64,000 bases of DNA, from NCBI GenBank assembly GCA_003154195.1, contig PMCS01000005.1, forward strand, positions 9,449 through 73,448. The letters run 5' to 3'. The notes under the pieces are model-generated. The model saw nothing but the letters and a program-made list of their open reading frames with translations. It had not been told where the DNA came from and ran no database searches. The DNA comes from Candidatus Omnitrophota bacterium. GTDB lineage: Bacteria; Omnitrophota; Gorgyraeia; Duberdicusellales; 4484-171. A program made the position numbers and the translations under genes. Positions 1 to 9,193 of this stretch are shown in pieces (position 1 is the first letter of the stretch; each line of letters opens with the position of its first letter).

Positions 1-3000
1 TGGCGCTAAACCAACGGGGGAACCGGCGGATTCAGGTTCAGCGGCGGTCACGGCCAGGGTGGAAAAAACATTACGGAAGGAAAGTTCTTGTGGCGACGCC
101 TTGGGGTCAGCAGAGGAATTCCATTCAACTTTTAAATCCTTGCCGTCTTTCGGCCGGGATAAAAAAACATCTACTATTATTGACTTAGCCTCGCCAACCC
201 CCGTTCTCAAGCGTAAGGCTATTTTTATTCTTTCTTTATCCTTTTTCGGCCGGCGAAATGAATTGAGCAGTTTTAACGGGTTGGTAAGGGCGCCGGAAGG
301 AACCCCAAAGATTTCGCTTAAACCCCGCTCAACGCCATCCACAACCCACTCGTCAACCGCCATGAGCGGCTGGCGCTCCTTGTCCCGGTAAAATACCCTT
401 ATCGATGATCCTTCGTCAATAAGTTCAATTTGATAATCTAGCGAAGTTCTCGCGTTAACCGCCGCGACAAAACTATCCCGCGCGGCTTGAATTTGATCCA
501 GGCTAAAATCCCGCCCCTGCAGGTCATTGATTTTTCTCCTGAAAAGTTCAAGAGTATAAGCTAGAGACGTCTTGGAGGAAAAACTTCTAAGAAGGCCGTA
601 GGTTTCCGGCCTTCCTCTTTGCCCTACTCTTTCTTTACTCAAAAAGCTTTGCAACGCTTCTTCCATCATCCCAACGCTGACCTCGGCCGGCGCCTTAACA
701 ACCGCCGGACTGGCAACAACACTTCTCCGATGAGTAACATCCGGCTCGCCTTCGGCCAGATAGAATCGCTTTGATCGACCAGGGCCTTCCGAGCCCAAAA
801 GTTCTGCCGTTATTGATAGCATGTATTTCGCTAGTCCAGTTTTTCTATTCATATACGTATCGGTGTCGAGAAAAATATTTACCCGATGACTGTCGCCGTT
901 TAAACGAAAACGCACATCCCATGAATGACGGCCAGGCCTTTCTATTTGCCCAAAAAAATTTCTGCCCACTGCAACTTCCATCCTATCGCCCAAATAAAAC
1001 GACTCGCCTTTAGCCGGGAAACGCGCTTCAGCTACCACGGCGCCGGTCTCTTTGTCATAGATTAACAACGCTTTTTCTCCTGATAGCAATTCCCGTGACG
1101 GCACAAAGGTAACCACCCCGCCGGATTGGCCTTGGCTTTGTTCCTGGATATCCGGAAGCCCGGGTATTCTTACCGGGCTGGCGCTTACCCCTAGGCCCTT
1201 TGCCCTCTGGCCTGAGTCTACTTCTCTTTTACTGCCATCGGTTGTTGCCGGGGTTGAGCCGGCCACGACATTCGGGCTGGAAGAAGAACTTTTGTTAACC
1301 TGGATACGTTGGTTGCCGGCATCATAAGTCAACCGCGCGGCGCGTGTTTCCAATCCGTTATACGCGTCAACCAGGGCCGCCGCTTCCTGGCCGGTCATTT
1401 GCTCAACTGGTTTATCAAGTAAAGCCGCGCCTTCAGCGCTGAGCCTTTCCCACGCCTCGGCCAAAGACAAAACGTTTTGGCCCGACGGTAAATCCCTGAT
1501 GACATTATCCAGCTCCTGCGCCGCGATAGGGATAACATCATAAGGCGGGATGGCGATGCGCGCCTTTTCTGCTTCGCCTTCACGAACAACAATAATGTCA
1601 TGGTCGCGCGCCACGATTAAAGTCCGCGTGATTGCCGCATCACCGCGGTCTTGTTCGGAATAAGTATAGGACGCTTGCGACATGCCGGCTAAGCCGTTAA
1701 GCATATCGAACAGTTTGCTTCCGTCGGTAGCAACCCCGGTTATTTTTATGGATTGCTTTTTCAACCGCTCAAGCAATTGGCCCTGGATAATTTGCAGCCG
1801 CGAGGCTTTAATATCCCGGAAAAGACGGCCGGTAATCTGGCGGCGCGCCTCAGGGCTAAAGCGCGGGCCGGCGCCGTCGTATTTTCGGCTTGTCCCCAGC
1901 CGGGCAATGACCTTTTGCGAAGTTTTAACCATATCGCTTTCCGGCATCGGCTTAGGCGACATTACCGTTTCTCGCTTAAGCATATTGAGATGGCCGATAA
2001 TCGCCGAACGCACGATTGTATCGATATCGCTGTTATCCAGCTCCCAGGCATGCGCGGTTTTCGAACGAAGAGTATAATCTTTAATCTTCCCCGGGCTAGC
2101 ATATAATTTAGCAGCATCGCCGGCGCGCGGGCCGACATCTTCCTCCCTATATTCTATCCCCGGCACTACTTCTTTTAGAACTCCGGCGATTTTTTTCGCC
2201 AACGGCGCTACTTCCAGCCCTTCTCCCGTAGCCAGGTTATAATGCTGGTTCATCGTGGACGTCTCGCCGGGCAAATTATCTTCGATTTCCAGGCCGGCAA
2301 TATGCGCCGTCGCCAAATCCAAAACCGAAATATAATCGCGGGAAGGAGTACCGCTATCGGTAGGATATCCTTTACCGTAAAGTTGGACCGGCTTGCCTTC
2401 CAAAAGCAAACGAATGAATCGGGGGATAGCGTGAGTTTCCGGGCTGTGCCATTCGCCCATAGACTCAAACGGCATCCCTGCCGCAGCATTAAAATAATGG
2501 ACGCAAAACGCGTCGAGATTAGAATCCTTCATCACTTCGCCCATCCAGTGCTTGGTAAAACCATAAACACTCAAGGGGTTTTTTATCGATGCTTCGGTGA
2601 GCGGCATGGGTTGGTCGCCGTCATAGACTGCCGCAGTCAGCGAAGGAATGATCCGCATCCGCTTACCGTTTATTTTTTTGTATTTTTCCGCGGCTTCGAC
2701 AAGGTTCAACGGATTGATCAGGTTATTTTCGAAATATTGCCACGGCGCCAAGGCGTCAGGGCCGATTTCGATATAAGCCGCAAAGTGGATAATATCGTCG
2801 ATTTCCGGATGCTCCCGAAACATCGTATCGATTGCCGGACGGTCGGCAAGGTCAAGTGGGACAAAGGTGAATTTACGCCCCACTTTTACCGCGAATTCCC
2901 TTAAGAAATCAACCATCTCCTCGCGGCCTTTAACGAAATTATCCACGGCCACGATATCATATCCTTGCAAAAGCGCTTCGTAAATCGTATGGCCGCCGAT

Positions 3001-4950
3001 ATAGCCGGCGCCGCCGGTAACCAGAATCGTTTTGCCTTTACCGGGTTTATCCCTATCTTCGATCGCTTTCCTGACCCGCGCTTCGTGAGCTGATCTTTTC
3101 GCCTCAAGCGGCCGGGAAAGTTCAGCGATTGCCCAGTCAATCACCTCATTATCGTTCGGCGGAAGGGTCAGGCTCAATACCTTCAGCATGTTGGCGCGTA
3201 ACGAAGCGACGACATGTTCTTTATACTGTCGGTCTTGCGCGCTCAAACCGCTTTCCACCGGGCTGGAAGTGATTGGCGCCTCTACTGTGATATAAAATGG
3301 TTTATCGCTTCCTTCTTTTCTATGGAAAGGGCGCACTCTAACCGATATTGTTCTTTCAAAAAAGTCATAGCCAATGTCTATCGCTCCTCCCCAGCCATCT
3401 TCTGTATAACCTGCTGCCAGCAGGTTAACAGCCGGTTTGTTTATCGGCGGAGGTAATGCCGCGCCCCTGATAAAACCCGGTCCCGCTATTAGATTACGCT
3501 TTCCTAAATGACTCTGCATTGTTGCTAAAGACCTGCTGGTGCCGCGGCGATAAATTTTCAATACGCTTTCTTTTCTTATCAGGCGTTCATTCAACCGCTG
3601 CGATATATTAAATCTAACCCATTTGCCATTTTTTTGATCCTCTTCTGTAACTGTACCAATCGTACCAAAGGGTGCCGGGCTCCCCGTCACCGCAAACGCG
3701 TTATCATTCGCCGCATCTCCCGATAAAATGTCCGTTGTTATTACGTTCAGCCCTTTAGATGAATCGTGGATTTGTTCGGCTCTGGACAACACCTGTGTTT
3801 GCACCACCCCCGATGAAACAAGCGGCATCACTCCCCCCGAGAAGTATCTCCTCCTCACCTGCTTATGCGTCGCTGGGTCGGATTCTTTCTTTATATAGTC
3901 ATAGATACCCTTCTTAAAGGCTTGCGTATATAGGTTATAGATCTTCTCTTTAGCTTGTGGGTCATTAGTATCAATACCTTTTATCTTCTTCTGGTTGATA
4001 TAGTGTTTATAGAAAGATTCTTTAAACTTCTCTTTAAACCATTTAGCCAGGATGAGAGAGTAGTATATCTGTCTTAAAGTAGCAAAGTTCTTACCGGAAT
4101 TGATATCGTCGGTTATTTTAGGTACTACGACTTCACGCATTACGTCCGAAGCCACCTTGTTGATTTGTCCTGCTTTTTCATCCTTCGTCCCTCGTCCCTC
4201 GTCCTTCATTGCCCCTTCGTCCCTCGCCCCTCGTCTTTCATCCTTCGTTCCTTTCTGCAATGCGAGAAAGTCTTGTTCGAGCATTGCCTTAAGAGTAGCC
4301 TGGTTGACTACCGCCGTATTCTTATATTCATAGACTTCGGCTTTATCGGGAGCGATCCATATCTTATTGAAGGTATCTATCGGTAAATTACCGGTTCCCG
4401 GTAATTTACCGATTTGAGAATAAACCGATTGCCAGTATCGATTGCCGATAGAATTTTCTGGGTGGGTAAGGCTTGAGACTAATTGCTTAAGGACATAGTC
4501 CTGGGCTAACATATCACGTCCTACGTCGGTTGAAGCCGCGGAATCATTGATTATGCGGTCTTTTTCATATACGGATAAGTTTACCCATAAGTCGTCTTCA
4601 GGGATAGTCAGGCCGGCTAAAAAATACCGGATTAATTTTTCTGATTCTTTTTTCAACGCCTCTTGGTAACGGACAGGGCTTAGCCCTGTCCCTACATATT
4701 GCGCGTCCCAATTGCCGCTATCGATGATGAATTCTATCTGCAGCGGGTTAGCCGGGTTAAGTTTTAATCCTTTTAATATCGGGAAGGAATAGGTTGCTGA
4801 TAGTCCCAGTAACTGGGTAGGTTCCGGCAGGGTCAGGGCGGCGTGGGCGTAGTTGACGCCCAGGCTGGTACCCAGAAAAGAGAATAATACCAGCACAAGA
4901 GTGATTTTCGAGAATAACTTTCGTCTGGGTTGGGAGAAAAAGAAAATCAT
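1..4950 (-). CDS. Giant secreted multidomain protein, partial (3' end lies beyond window start). It has a signal peptide, an N-terminal ~430-aa domain paralogous to the 35784-39425 protein, and an embedded GalE-like NAD-dependent epimerase domain.
   Basis: Manual reverse-complement translation in consecutive 60-nt blocks from 4950 down to 1 gives one frame with no stop codon. The ATG is at 4948-4950 and the N-terminus is MIFFFSQPRRKLFSKITLVLVLFSFLGTSLGVNYAHA. DNA is ~85% identical to 38200-39425 across the N-terminal domain. The epimerase motifs ILVTGGAGYIGG, YGFTK (YxxxK), HYFNAAAG and RDYISVLDLA are in frame around 2200-3060. It is absent from the ORF track, presumably because it has no in-window stop. 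Confidence 0.75.
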   Translation of the reverse strand, partial: MIFFFSQPRRKLFSKITLVLVLFSFLGTSLGVNYAHAALTLPEPTQLLGLSATYSFPILKGLKLNPANPLQIEFIIDSGNWDAQYVGTGLSPVRYQEALKKESEKLIRYFLAGLTIPEDDLWVNLSVYEKDRIINDSAASTDVGRDMLAQDYVLKQLVSSLTHPENSIGNRYWQSVYSQIGKLPGTGNLPIDTFNKIWIAPDKAEVYEYKNTAVVNQATLKAMLEQDFLALQKGTKDERRGARDEGAMKDEGRGTKDEKAGQINKVASDVMREVVVPKITDDINSGKNFATLRQIYYSLILAKWFKEKFKESFYKHYINQKKIKGIDTNDPQAKEKIYNLYTQAFKKGIYDYIKKESDPATHKQVRRRYFSGGVMPLVSSGVVQTQVLSRAEQIHDSSKGLNVITTDILSGDAANDNAFAVTGSPAPFGTIGTVTEEDQKNGKWVRFNISQRLNERLIRKESVLKIYRRGTSRSLATMQSHLGKRNLIAGPGFIRGAALPPPINKPAVNLLAAGYTEDGWGGAIDIGYDFFERTISVRVRPFHRKEGSDKPFYITVEAPITSSPVESGLSAQDRQYKEHVVASLRANMLKVLSLTLPPNDNEVIDWAIAELSRPLEAKRSAHEARVRKAIEDRDKPGKGKTILVTGGAGYIGGHTIYEALLQGYDIVAVDNFVKGREEMVDFLREFAVKVGRKFTFVPLDLADRPAIDTMFREHPEIDDIIHFAAYIEIGPDALAPWQYFENNLINPLNLVEAAEKYKKINGKRMRIIPSLTAAVYDGDQPMPLTEASIKNPLSVYGFTKHWMGEVMKDSNLDAFCVHYFNAAAGMPFESMGEWHSPETHAIPRFIRLLLEGKPVQLYGKGYPTDSGTPSRDYISVLDLATAHIAGLEIEDNLPGETSTMNQHYNLATGEGLEVAPLAKKIAGVLKEVVPGIEYREEDVGPRAGDAAKLYASPGKIKDYTLRSKTAHAWELDNSDIDTIVRSAIIGHLNMLKRETVMSPKPMPESDMVKTSQKVIARLGTSRKYDGAGPRFSPEARRQITGRLFRDIKASRLQIIQGQLLERLKKQSIKITGVATDGSKLFDMLNGLAGMSQASYTYSEQDRGDAAITRTLIVARDHDIIVVREGEAEKARIAIPPYDVIPIAAQELDNVIRDLPSGQNVLSLAEAWERLSAEGAALLDKPVEQMTGQEAAALVDAYNGLETRAARLTYDAGNQRIQVNKSSSSSPNVVAGSTPATTDGSKREVDSGQRAKGLGVSASPVRIPGLPDIQEQSQGQSGGVVTFVPSRELLSGEKALLIYDKETGAVVAEARFPAKGESFYLGDRMEVAVGRNFFGQIERPGRHSWDVRFRLNGDSHRVNIFLDTDTYMNRKTGLAKYMLSITAELLGSEGPGRSKRFYLAEGEPDVTHRRSVVASPAVVKAPAEVSVGMMEEALQSFLSKERVGQRGRPETYGLLRSFSSKTSLAYTLELFRRKINDLQGRDFSLDQIQAARDSFVAAVNARTSLDYQIELIDEGSSIRVFYRDKERQPLMAVDEWVVDGVERGLSEIFGVPSGALTNPLKLLNSFRRPKKDKERIKIALRLRTGVGEAKSIIVDVFLSRPKDGKDLKVEWNSSADPKASPQELSFRNVFSTLAVTAAEPESAGSPVGLAP

Positions 4951-5249
4951 TGGTTTATTTTTTATTATTTTTTTTACTCTTTCAAATACTTAATATTAAT
5001 CAACAAAATATGAGTATTAATATATAACATATTTTTTAGGGAAAAACAAGGAAACGGGATATTTCTTTTTTTTGCTGCGCAAAAAAATAAATATCGTCCA
5101 TATTTAACCCAAAAAATGCCTGCACCCCTTGGTAGGGATGACTACTTCATAACCCAAAGAAAACCAATGAGTTAGGTATAAAACATTACGCAACGAAATT
5201 TTTTGGGTTAACTGGAGGATTAAGGGTGTCGGGAAGGGCTAAATTAAAG

Positions 5250-5300
5250 AAAAAATGCCGTCACCTATTCTCTTTTTTAGAATAAGATAACGGCATTTTT
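5250..5300 (-). terminator. Putative rho-independent terminator downstream of the CsgG-like gene
   Basis: Hairpin aaatgccgt...acggcattt, followed on the minus strand by a T-run (5253-5300). Confidence 0.4.
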
Positions 5301-5334
5301 CTAGAATTGGTAAAATACGTCAGTATTTTCCCAA

Positions 5335-6072
5335 TTAGTACTTATAGTAATCCGCCGGAGTGGCCTGTGAAATATATTTCACGGCTTCAATAATGCAAAC
5401 CCGGATGGCTTTTTCCATCGGCGTGTTGGCATACATGGAAAGGCCGCCGCCTAATCCCCAACTGCCGGCGAAACCGGCCATAAACCCGGCACTGAAATCT
5501 TTAGCCTGGCCCTGAACGCGGGTCGCGGCCAAAACTTCGGAAGTCGAAGCGTCAACGATACGGATATCTAATGCCATATGCGATTTATTCATCGCACCGC
5601 TCAATAACCCACCCACTAATGCGCCGGCAATACCGCCGCCGCCGCCGATTCCCGCTCCACCGCCGCTGGCATTAGGCTCAAATTCGGTAACCGCCGCGGT
5701 AATGATTAAATCCGCGGTTTTAATCTTACCGCGCTGGGCTCCGGCGGTGCCTTGCGCTGCCGCGCCGGACGCGCCTAATTCCTGCTCCTGCATAATCGCG
5801 CTTAACACCTGGCGCTCCACCACCCGGTAACGGCTGGAATTCATCAACGCCGTTATCAACATCTCGCGCAGGCCCGTGCCGATCGCTCCTCCGGCCTTGG
5901 CGGCTTTAACTTCAAAATCCGCCACGGCGATACGCGCTTTTGGCCCGTTATACGGCGGCATCGCCTGCGTGCCGGCGTTATTATCGACCTGGGCCGTCGG
6001 CTCAAGCGTAGCGCAACCGGCTAAACCACTGATTATTAAAACGCTCATCGTCAATGCTAAAAATTTCTTCAT
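5335..6072 (-). CDS. CsgG-family lipoprotein (curli-type secretion channel homolog)
   Basis: MKKFLALTMSVLIISGLAGC lipobox. RIAVADFEVKAAKAG...GLREMLITALMNSSRYRVVERQVLSAIMQEQEL resembles the CsgG N-terminal region. Glycine-rich segment. The likely start is the internal MKKF rather than the TTG at 6099. Confidence 0.5.
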   Translation of the reverse strand: MKKFLALTMSVLIISGLAGCATLEPTAQVDNNAGTQAMPPYNGPKARIAVADFEVKAAKAGGAIGTGLREMLITALMNSSRYRVVERQVLSAIMQEQELGASGAAAQGTAGAQRGKIKTADLIITAAVTEFEPNASGGGAGIGGGGGIAGALVGGLLSGAMNKSHMALDIRIVDASTSEVLAATRVQGQAKDFSAGFMAGFAGSWGLGGGLSMYANTPMEKAIRVCIIEAVKYISQATPADYYKY

Positions 6073-6099
6073 CGTTACCCCTCCTTGAATACTGGGCAA

Positions 6100-6275
6100 A
6101 GGCTATGGCAAAGATGCCTGTATGGGTTAGGGCTTAGGTCATGGCTGTAAATTCGTATCAGCCTTAACCATTACCTTAACCCAAACCGGCTTTCCGCCTT
6201 CGCTAAAGCTTCGGCGAGACTTCTCCGAAGCTCGAAGAGCGAAGGAGAGCCTAGCCCTAACCTTAACCGATTTTA
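6100..6275. repeat. Palindromic intergenic repeat element, family 1 (GGGTTAGGG arms, central GTAAATTCGTATCAGCC), copy 1
   Basis: Shares atgcctgtatgggttagggc...ggctgtaaattcgtatcagcc...acccaaaccggctt with the copies at 23895, 26289, 27545, 29520 and 35620. Confidence 0.7.
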
Positions 6276-6866
6276 TTATTTCTGTTTATTCAACGCGTCG
6301 ATTATTTTCAATGCCAAGCTTTCCGCGGCGCGCGATAATGCTTCCCGGCCGCCGCTGATAAGGTCCGGATGGGCGGAATTTCCCGCGGCATCAAGGTAAG
6401 CGATAACCTTGCCGTCCTTAGCGCGAATAAGTTTGGCGGTAATATTTCCATAGCACGATTTCATATTCGACTGCGGAACATTGCCGCCGCTGGAAGCGAT
6501 TGCCTTGCCTAATATAACATAATCGGCGCCGGAGGAATTGCCTAATTGCGCCGATTCGCCCTGAGAAATATCCACCACGCGAAACGCCGGCTTCTGCTTG
6601 ATGACTTTCTCCGCGACAGAAGTATCGATAACATCATACCCCTCTTCAATCAGTTTTGTGGCGATTGCCGCCTCGGTCGTCGAAAGGTCAATCTCACTGG
6701 CCCACCACGCTTTCTGCGGGCCTTCGATATTCTGTTCGGCGATAAGTAAAATTACCTTAGGCTTTGCCGCAACAGGTTCCGCGCTGGTAACATTCTGGGA
6801 AAACACCGCGCCGCCGGTTAACGCAAACAAAAACAACAGTGTCCAAAAGAAAATATTTTTTTTCAT
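6276..6866 (-). CDS. Secreted hypothetical protein (signal peptide), encoded directly upstream of the CsgG-like gene
   Basis: Its position just upstream of the CsgG-like gene suggests a partner role, which is inference. N-terminal MKKNIFFWTLLFLFALTGGAVFS signal. No recognisable catalytic motif. Confidence 0.4.
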   Translation of the reverse strand: MKKNIFFWTLLFLFALTGGAVFSQNVTSAEPVAAKPKVILLIAEQNIEGPQKAWWASEIDLSTTEAAIATKLIEEGYDVIDTSVAEKVIKQKPAFRVVDISQGESAQLGNSSGADYVILGKAIASSGGNVPQSNMKSCYGNITAKLIRAKDGKVIAYLDAAGNSAHPDLISGGREALSRAAESLALKIIDALNKQK

Positions 6867-7148
6867 GGCTGCTCCTTTTGTAAAAAAATTCCTTACAGCG
6901 GCTATCCCCGCAGCAAGACTGCGGGGCGTTACGCCGCTCGTATGCCGCTTCGCGGCACCGGAATTTTTTTACATTCCATTCTCGTTCATCCCCAGGCCAG
7001 GTCAAAAACGGTTAGTTGTTTACAATGACCGTTGTCGCTTCACGCCGACCGCCAACTCATCCCTGCGACAAGACCTAAAGACGAGACATTGGCGGAAAAA
7101 CTTAAACCCCCTTCGCCGATATTTCAGGGTAATACACTAACGTCAACT

Positions 7149-7526
7149 TCAGCCGGCGACCATGATCAACTCTTTTATCTTATCCAGCAAAAGCTGAGGC
7201 TCAAACGGCTTAATAATATACGCGTCAGCCCCGACTTTTTGGCTGAATTTTATATCATCTTCCTGTGAACGCCCGGAAAAAATAATCACCGGAATGTTCT
7301 TAAAGCGCCGGTCTTTTTTAAGCAAGCCGCAAACCCAAAACCCGTCCATTTTGGGCAACATCAAATCCAAAAGAATTAAATCGGGCTTATCCTCCTTGGC
7401 TTTCCTGAGCGCGTCTTCCCCATCGTAAGCCGTCACAACCTCATACTGCTCCGCTTCCAAACGAAGCCGCACGATCCGAACCAACGACTCTTCATCGTCG
7501 ACCACTAATATTTTTTTCCTGTCCAT
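7149..7526 (-). CDS. Single-domain response regulator (CheY-like receiver)
   Basis: ILVVDDEESL...LLDLMLPKMDG...IIFSG...ADAYIIKPF matches receiver-domain signature residues. Confidence 0.8.
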   Translation of the reverse strand: MDRKKILVVDDEESLVRIVRLRLEAEQYEVVTAYDGEDALRKAKEDKPDLILLDLMLPKMDGFWVCGLLKKDRRFKNIPVIIFSGRSQEDDIKFSQKVGADAYIIKPFEPQLLLDKIKELIMVAG

Positions 7527-7529
7527 TCT

Positions 7530-7700
7530 GCGCCTTCGGCTCGCCTCTCGGCCCGTCTCGCTCGCCTCACGGCGAAGCCGTGGGCCGAAGGCTTGCCGAG
7601 GCGGACGCTCGCCTCTCGGCGAAGTGAGGGAAGCCGAGGGCTTGAAAATGAGTAAGTCTCAAACCCCTTCGCTAACGCTTCAGGGGTAATTCGCGCTATT
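7530..7700. repeat. GC-rich nested-palindrome repeat (ctcgcctctcggcgaag / gccgaggc units), related copy at 16925-16990
   Basis: Direct repetition of tcgctcgcctc(a/t)cggcgaag with paired gccgaggc segments. A similar block is at 16925-16990. Confidence 0.45.
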
Positions 7701-7741
7701 ATTTTTTCGTCATGAGTACACTAGAAAAAATAATGCGCTCA

Positions 7742-9172
7742 TTAAAAAAAACGGGCACCTTTTCGGTCACTTTCGTCTTCTTTAAGTACCTGCAAAAACG
7801 CGTCGACGACTTTTGGGTCAAACTGCTGGCCACTGCCTTTAACCAATTCCGCCATCGCCGCCTCCCGGCTCATTGCCGGCCGATAGGCGCGCGCGCTGGT
7901 CATCGCGTCATAAGCGTCGGCCACGGAAACAACCGCAGCAAAAATATGAATACCGGTACCACTTAACTTATCGGGGTAACCGGAGCCGTCGAAACGCTCG
8001 TGATGGCCCCGGATAATCGCCAGCACCTCTTCGGTAAGCTGAATCGGTTTTAAAATTTCTTCGCCGATAACCGGGTGCTCCCTGATTTTTTTCCACTCCT
8101 CATCGGTAAGCCGCCCGGTCTTATTCAGGATATTTTCGGCCACGGCGAGTTTACCGATATCATGCAAATACGCCGCGTCGCGCAATAACTCGATTTTTTC
8201 CAGAGGAAAACCCATGCGCGCGGCGATTTGAACGGCGTATTCGGCAACACGCTCCGAATGTCCGCAGGTATAAGAATCTTTGGCTTCTAAAATACGAATC
8301 AGCGATTTAATGGCATTATAGAAATAATTGTTGAGCTTGACGCGGGAACTATGAAGGCTCTCTGCCATGCGATTGAAAGAATCCGCCAGGAGGCTTAATT
8401 CGTCATCGCCGGAGATTTTAACCCGGTACTGTAAATTATCTTTAGCGATATTCTCGGTGCCTTTAACTAATTCTTCGATGGGCTTGGTGATACTGCGCGA
8501 TACCAATGTCCCCAGAAACAACGAGAAGATAACCCCGAAAAGTAACACCAGCGTAGCGCGCCCCTGAATTTCTTCCTGGGCCAAATAAACATCGCCGGCC
8601 ATAAGGTCGACTCCCAGAATAGCCGCGGCAGTTCCTTTTTTGTCGCGGATAGGAGCGTATCCGGAAACAAGCTTGCCCCACCGGTCTTCGCCTATTTTCT
8701 TATCCGCCGTCGGCCCGTTAAAAGCACGCATCATCTCGGGAAAATTCGACGGGTTATATTCATCTCCGGGGTATGAGGCCAAACCGTTATTGCCGGGTTC
8801 GCGGGATACCGGTTCAGAATCCACAATATAACATAACCGGCCGGGCCTGACGGCCCTGCTCATAATGTAGATACGGCGTATCGGCGGATTGGCGTTTTTG
8901 ATCGCGTTTATCTGTCCGGATATTTTTTTATATTCCGAAGAATTTACCGCCTCTTTATTCAGCTTGATCTGCGCCAGCATTTCGGCATCAATCGTCAAGG
9001 CCGCCGTTTGCGCGATAATCCGCAGATTATCCCGAAATTGCGCGAACTGAGAATTAAGCGAGTAGCGGTAAATGAGATAATCGCTTAAGGCCCCGGCGCA
9101 GAGCATCGCCACGATAAACACAAAGGCGATTTTCATGCGGAAAGTACTCAAGAATAATCCGGCTTTTTTCAT
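7742..9172 (-). CDS. HD-GYP domain c-di-GMP phosphodiesterase-type sensor protein with N-terminal TM, extracytoplasmic sensor region and HAMP
   Basis: HD...HDIGK...GYP motifs (CGHSERVAEYA...LHDIGKLAV...RFDGSGYPDKL). N-terminal TM MKIAFVFIVAMLCAGAL and a second TM before a HAMP-like linker. Confidence 0.8.
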   Translation of the reverse strand: MKKAGLFLSTFRMKIAFVFIVAMLCAGALSDYLIYRYSLNSQFAQFRDNLRIIAQTAALTIDAEMLAQIKLNKEAVNSSEYKKISGQINAIKNANPPIRRIYIMSRAVRPGRLCYIVDSEPVSREPGNNGLASYPGDEYNPSNFPEMMRAFNGPTADKKIGEDRWGKLVSGYAPIRDKKGTAAAILGVDLMAGDVYLAQEEIQGRATLVLLFGVIFSLFLGTLVSRSITKPIEELVKGTENIAKDNLQYRVKISGDDELSLLADSFNRMAESLHSSRVKLNNYFYNAIKSLIRILEAKDSYTCGHSERVAEYAVQIAARMGFPLEKIELLRDAAYLHDIGKLAVAENILNKTGRLTDEEWKKIREHPVIGEEILKPIQLTEEVLAIIRGHHERFDGSGYPDKLSGTGIHIFAAVVSVADAYDAMTSARAYRPAMSREAAMAELVKGSGQQFDPKVVDAFLQVLKEDESDRKGARFF

Positions 9173-9193
9173 GATTTTGCGGTTTACAAGGCG

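Noticed and set aside
59-4386. Plus-strand ORFs in the ORF track within the first 4.4 kb (59-391, 771-1013, 1682-2077, 1753-2106, 2242-2904, 3214-3456, 4100-4333, 4165-4386)
   Set aside because: All lie antisense to or out of frame with the continuous giant minus-strand ORF. They have no SD or domain signals and low-complexity products. The 4100-4386 pair arises from the cttcgtccctcg repeat.
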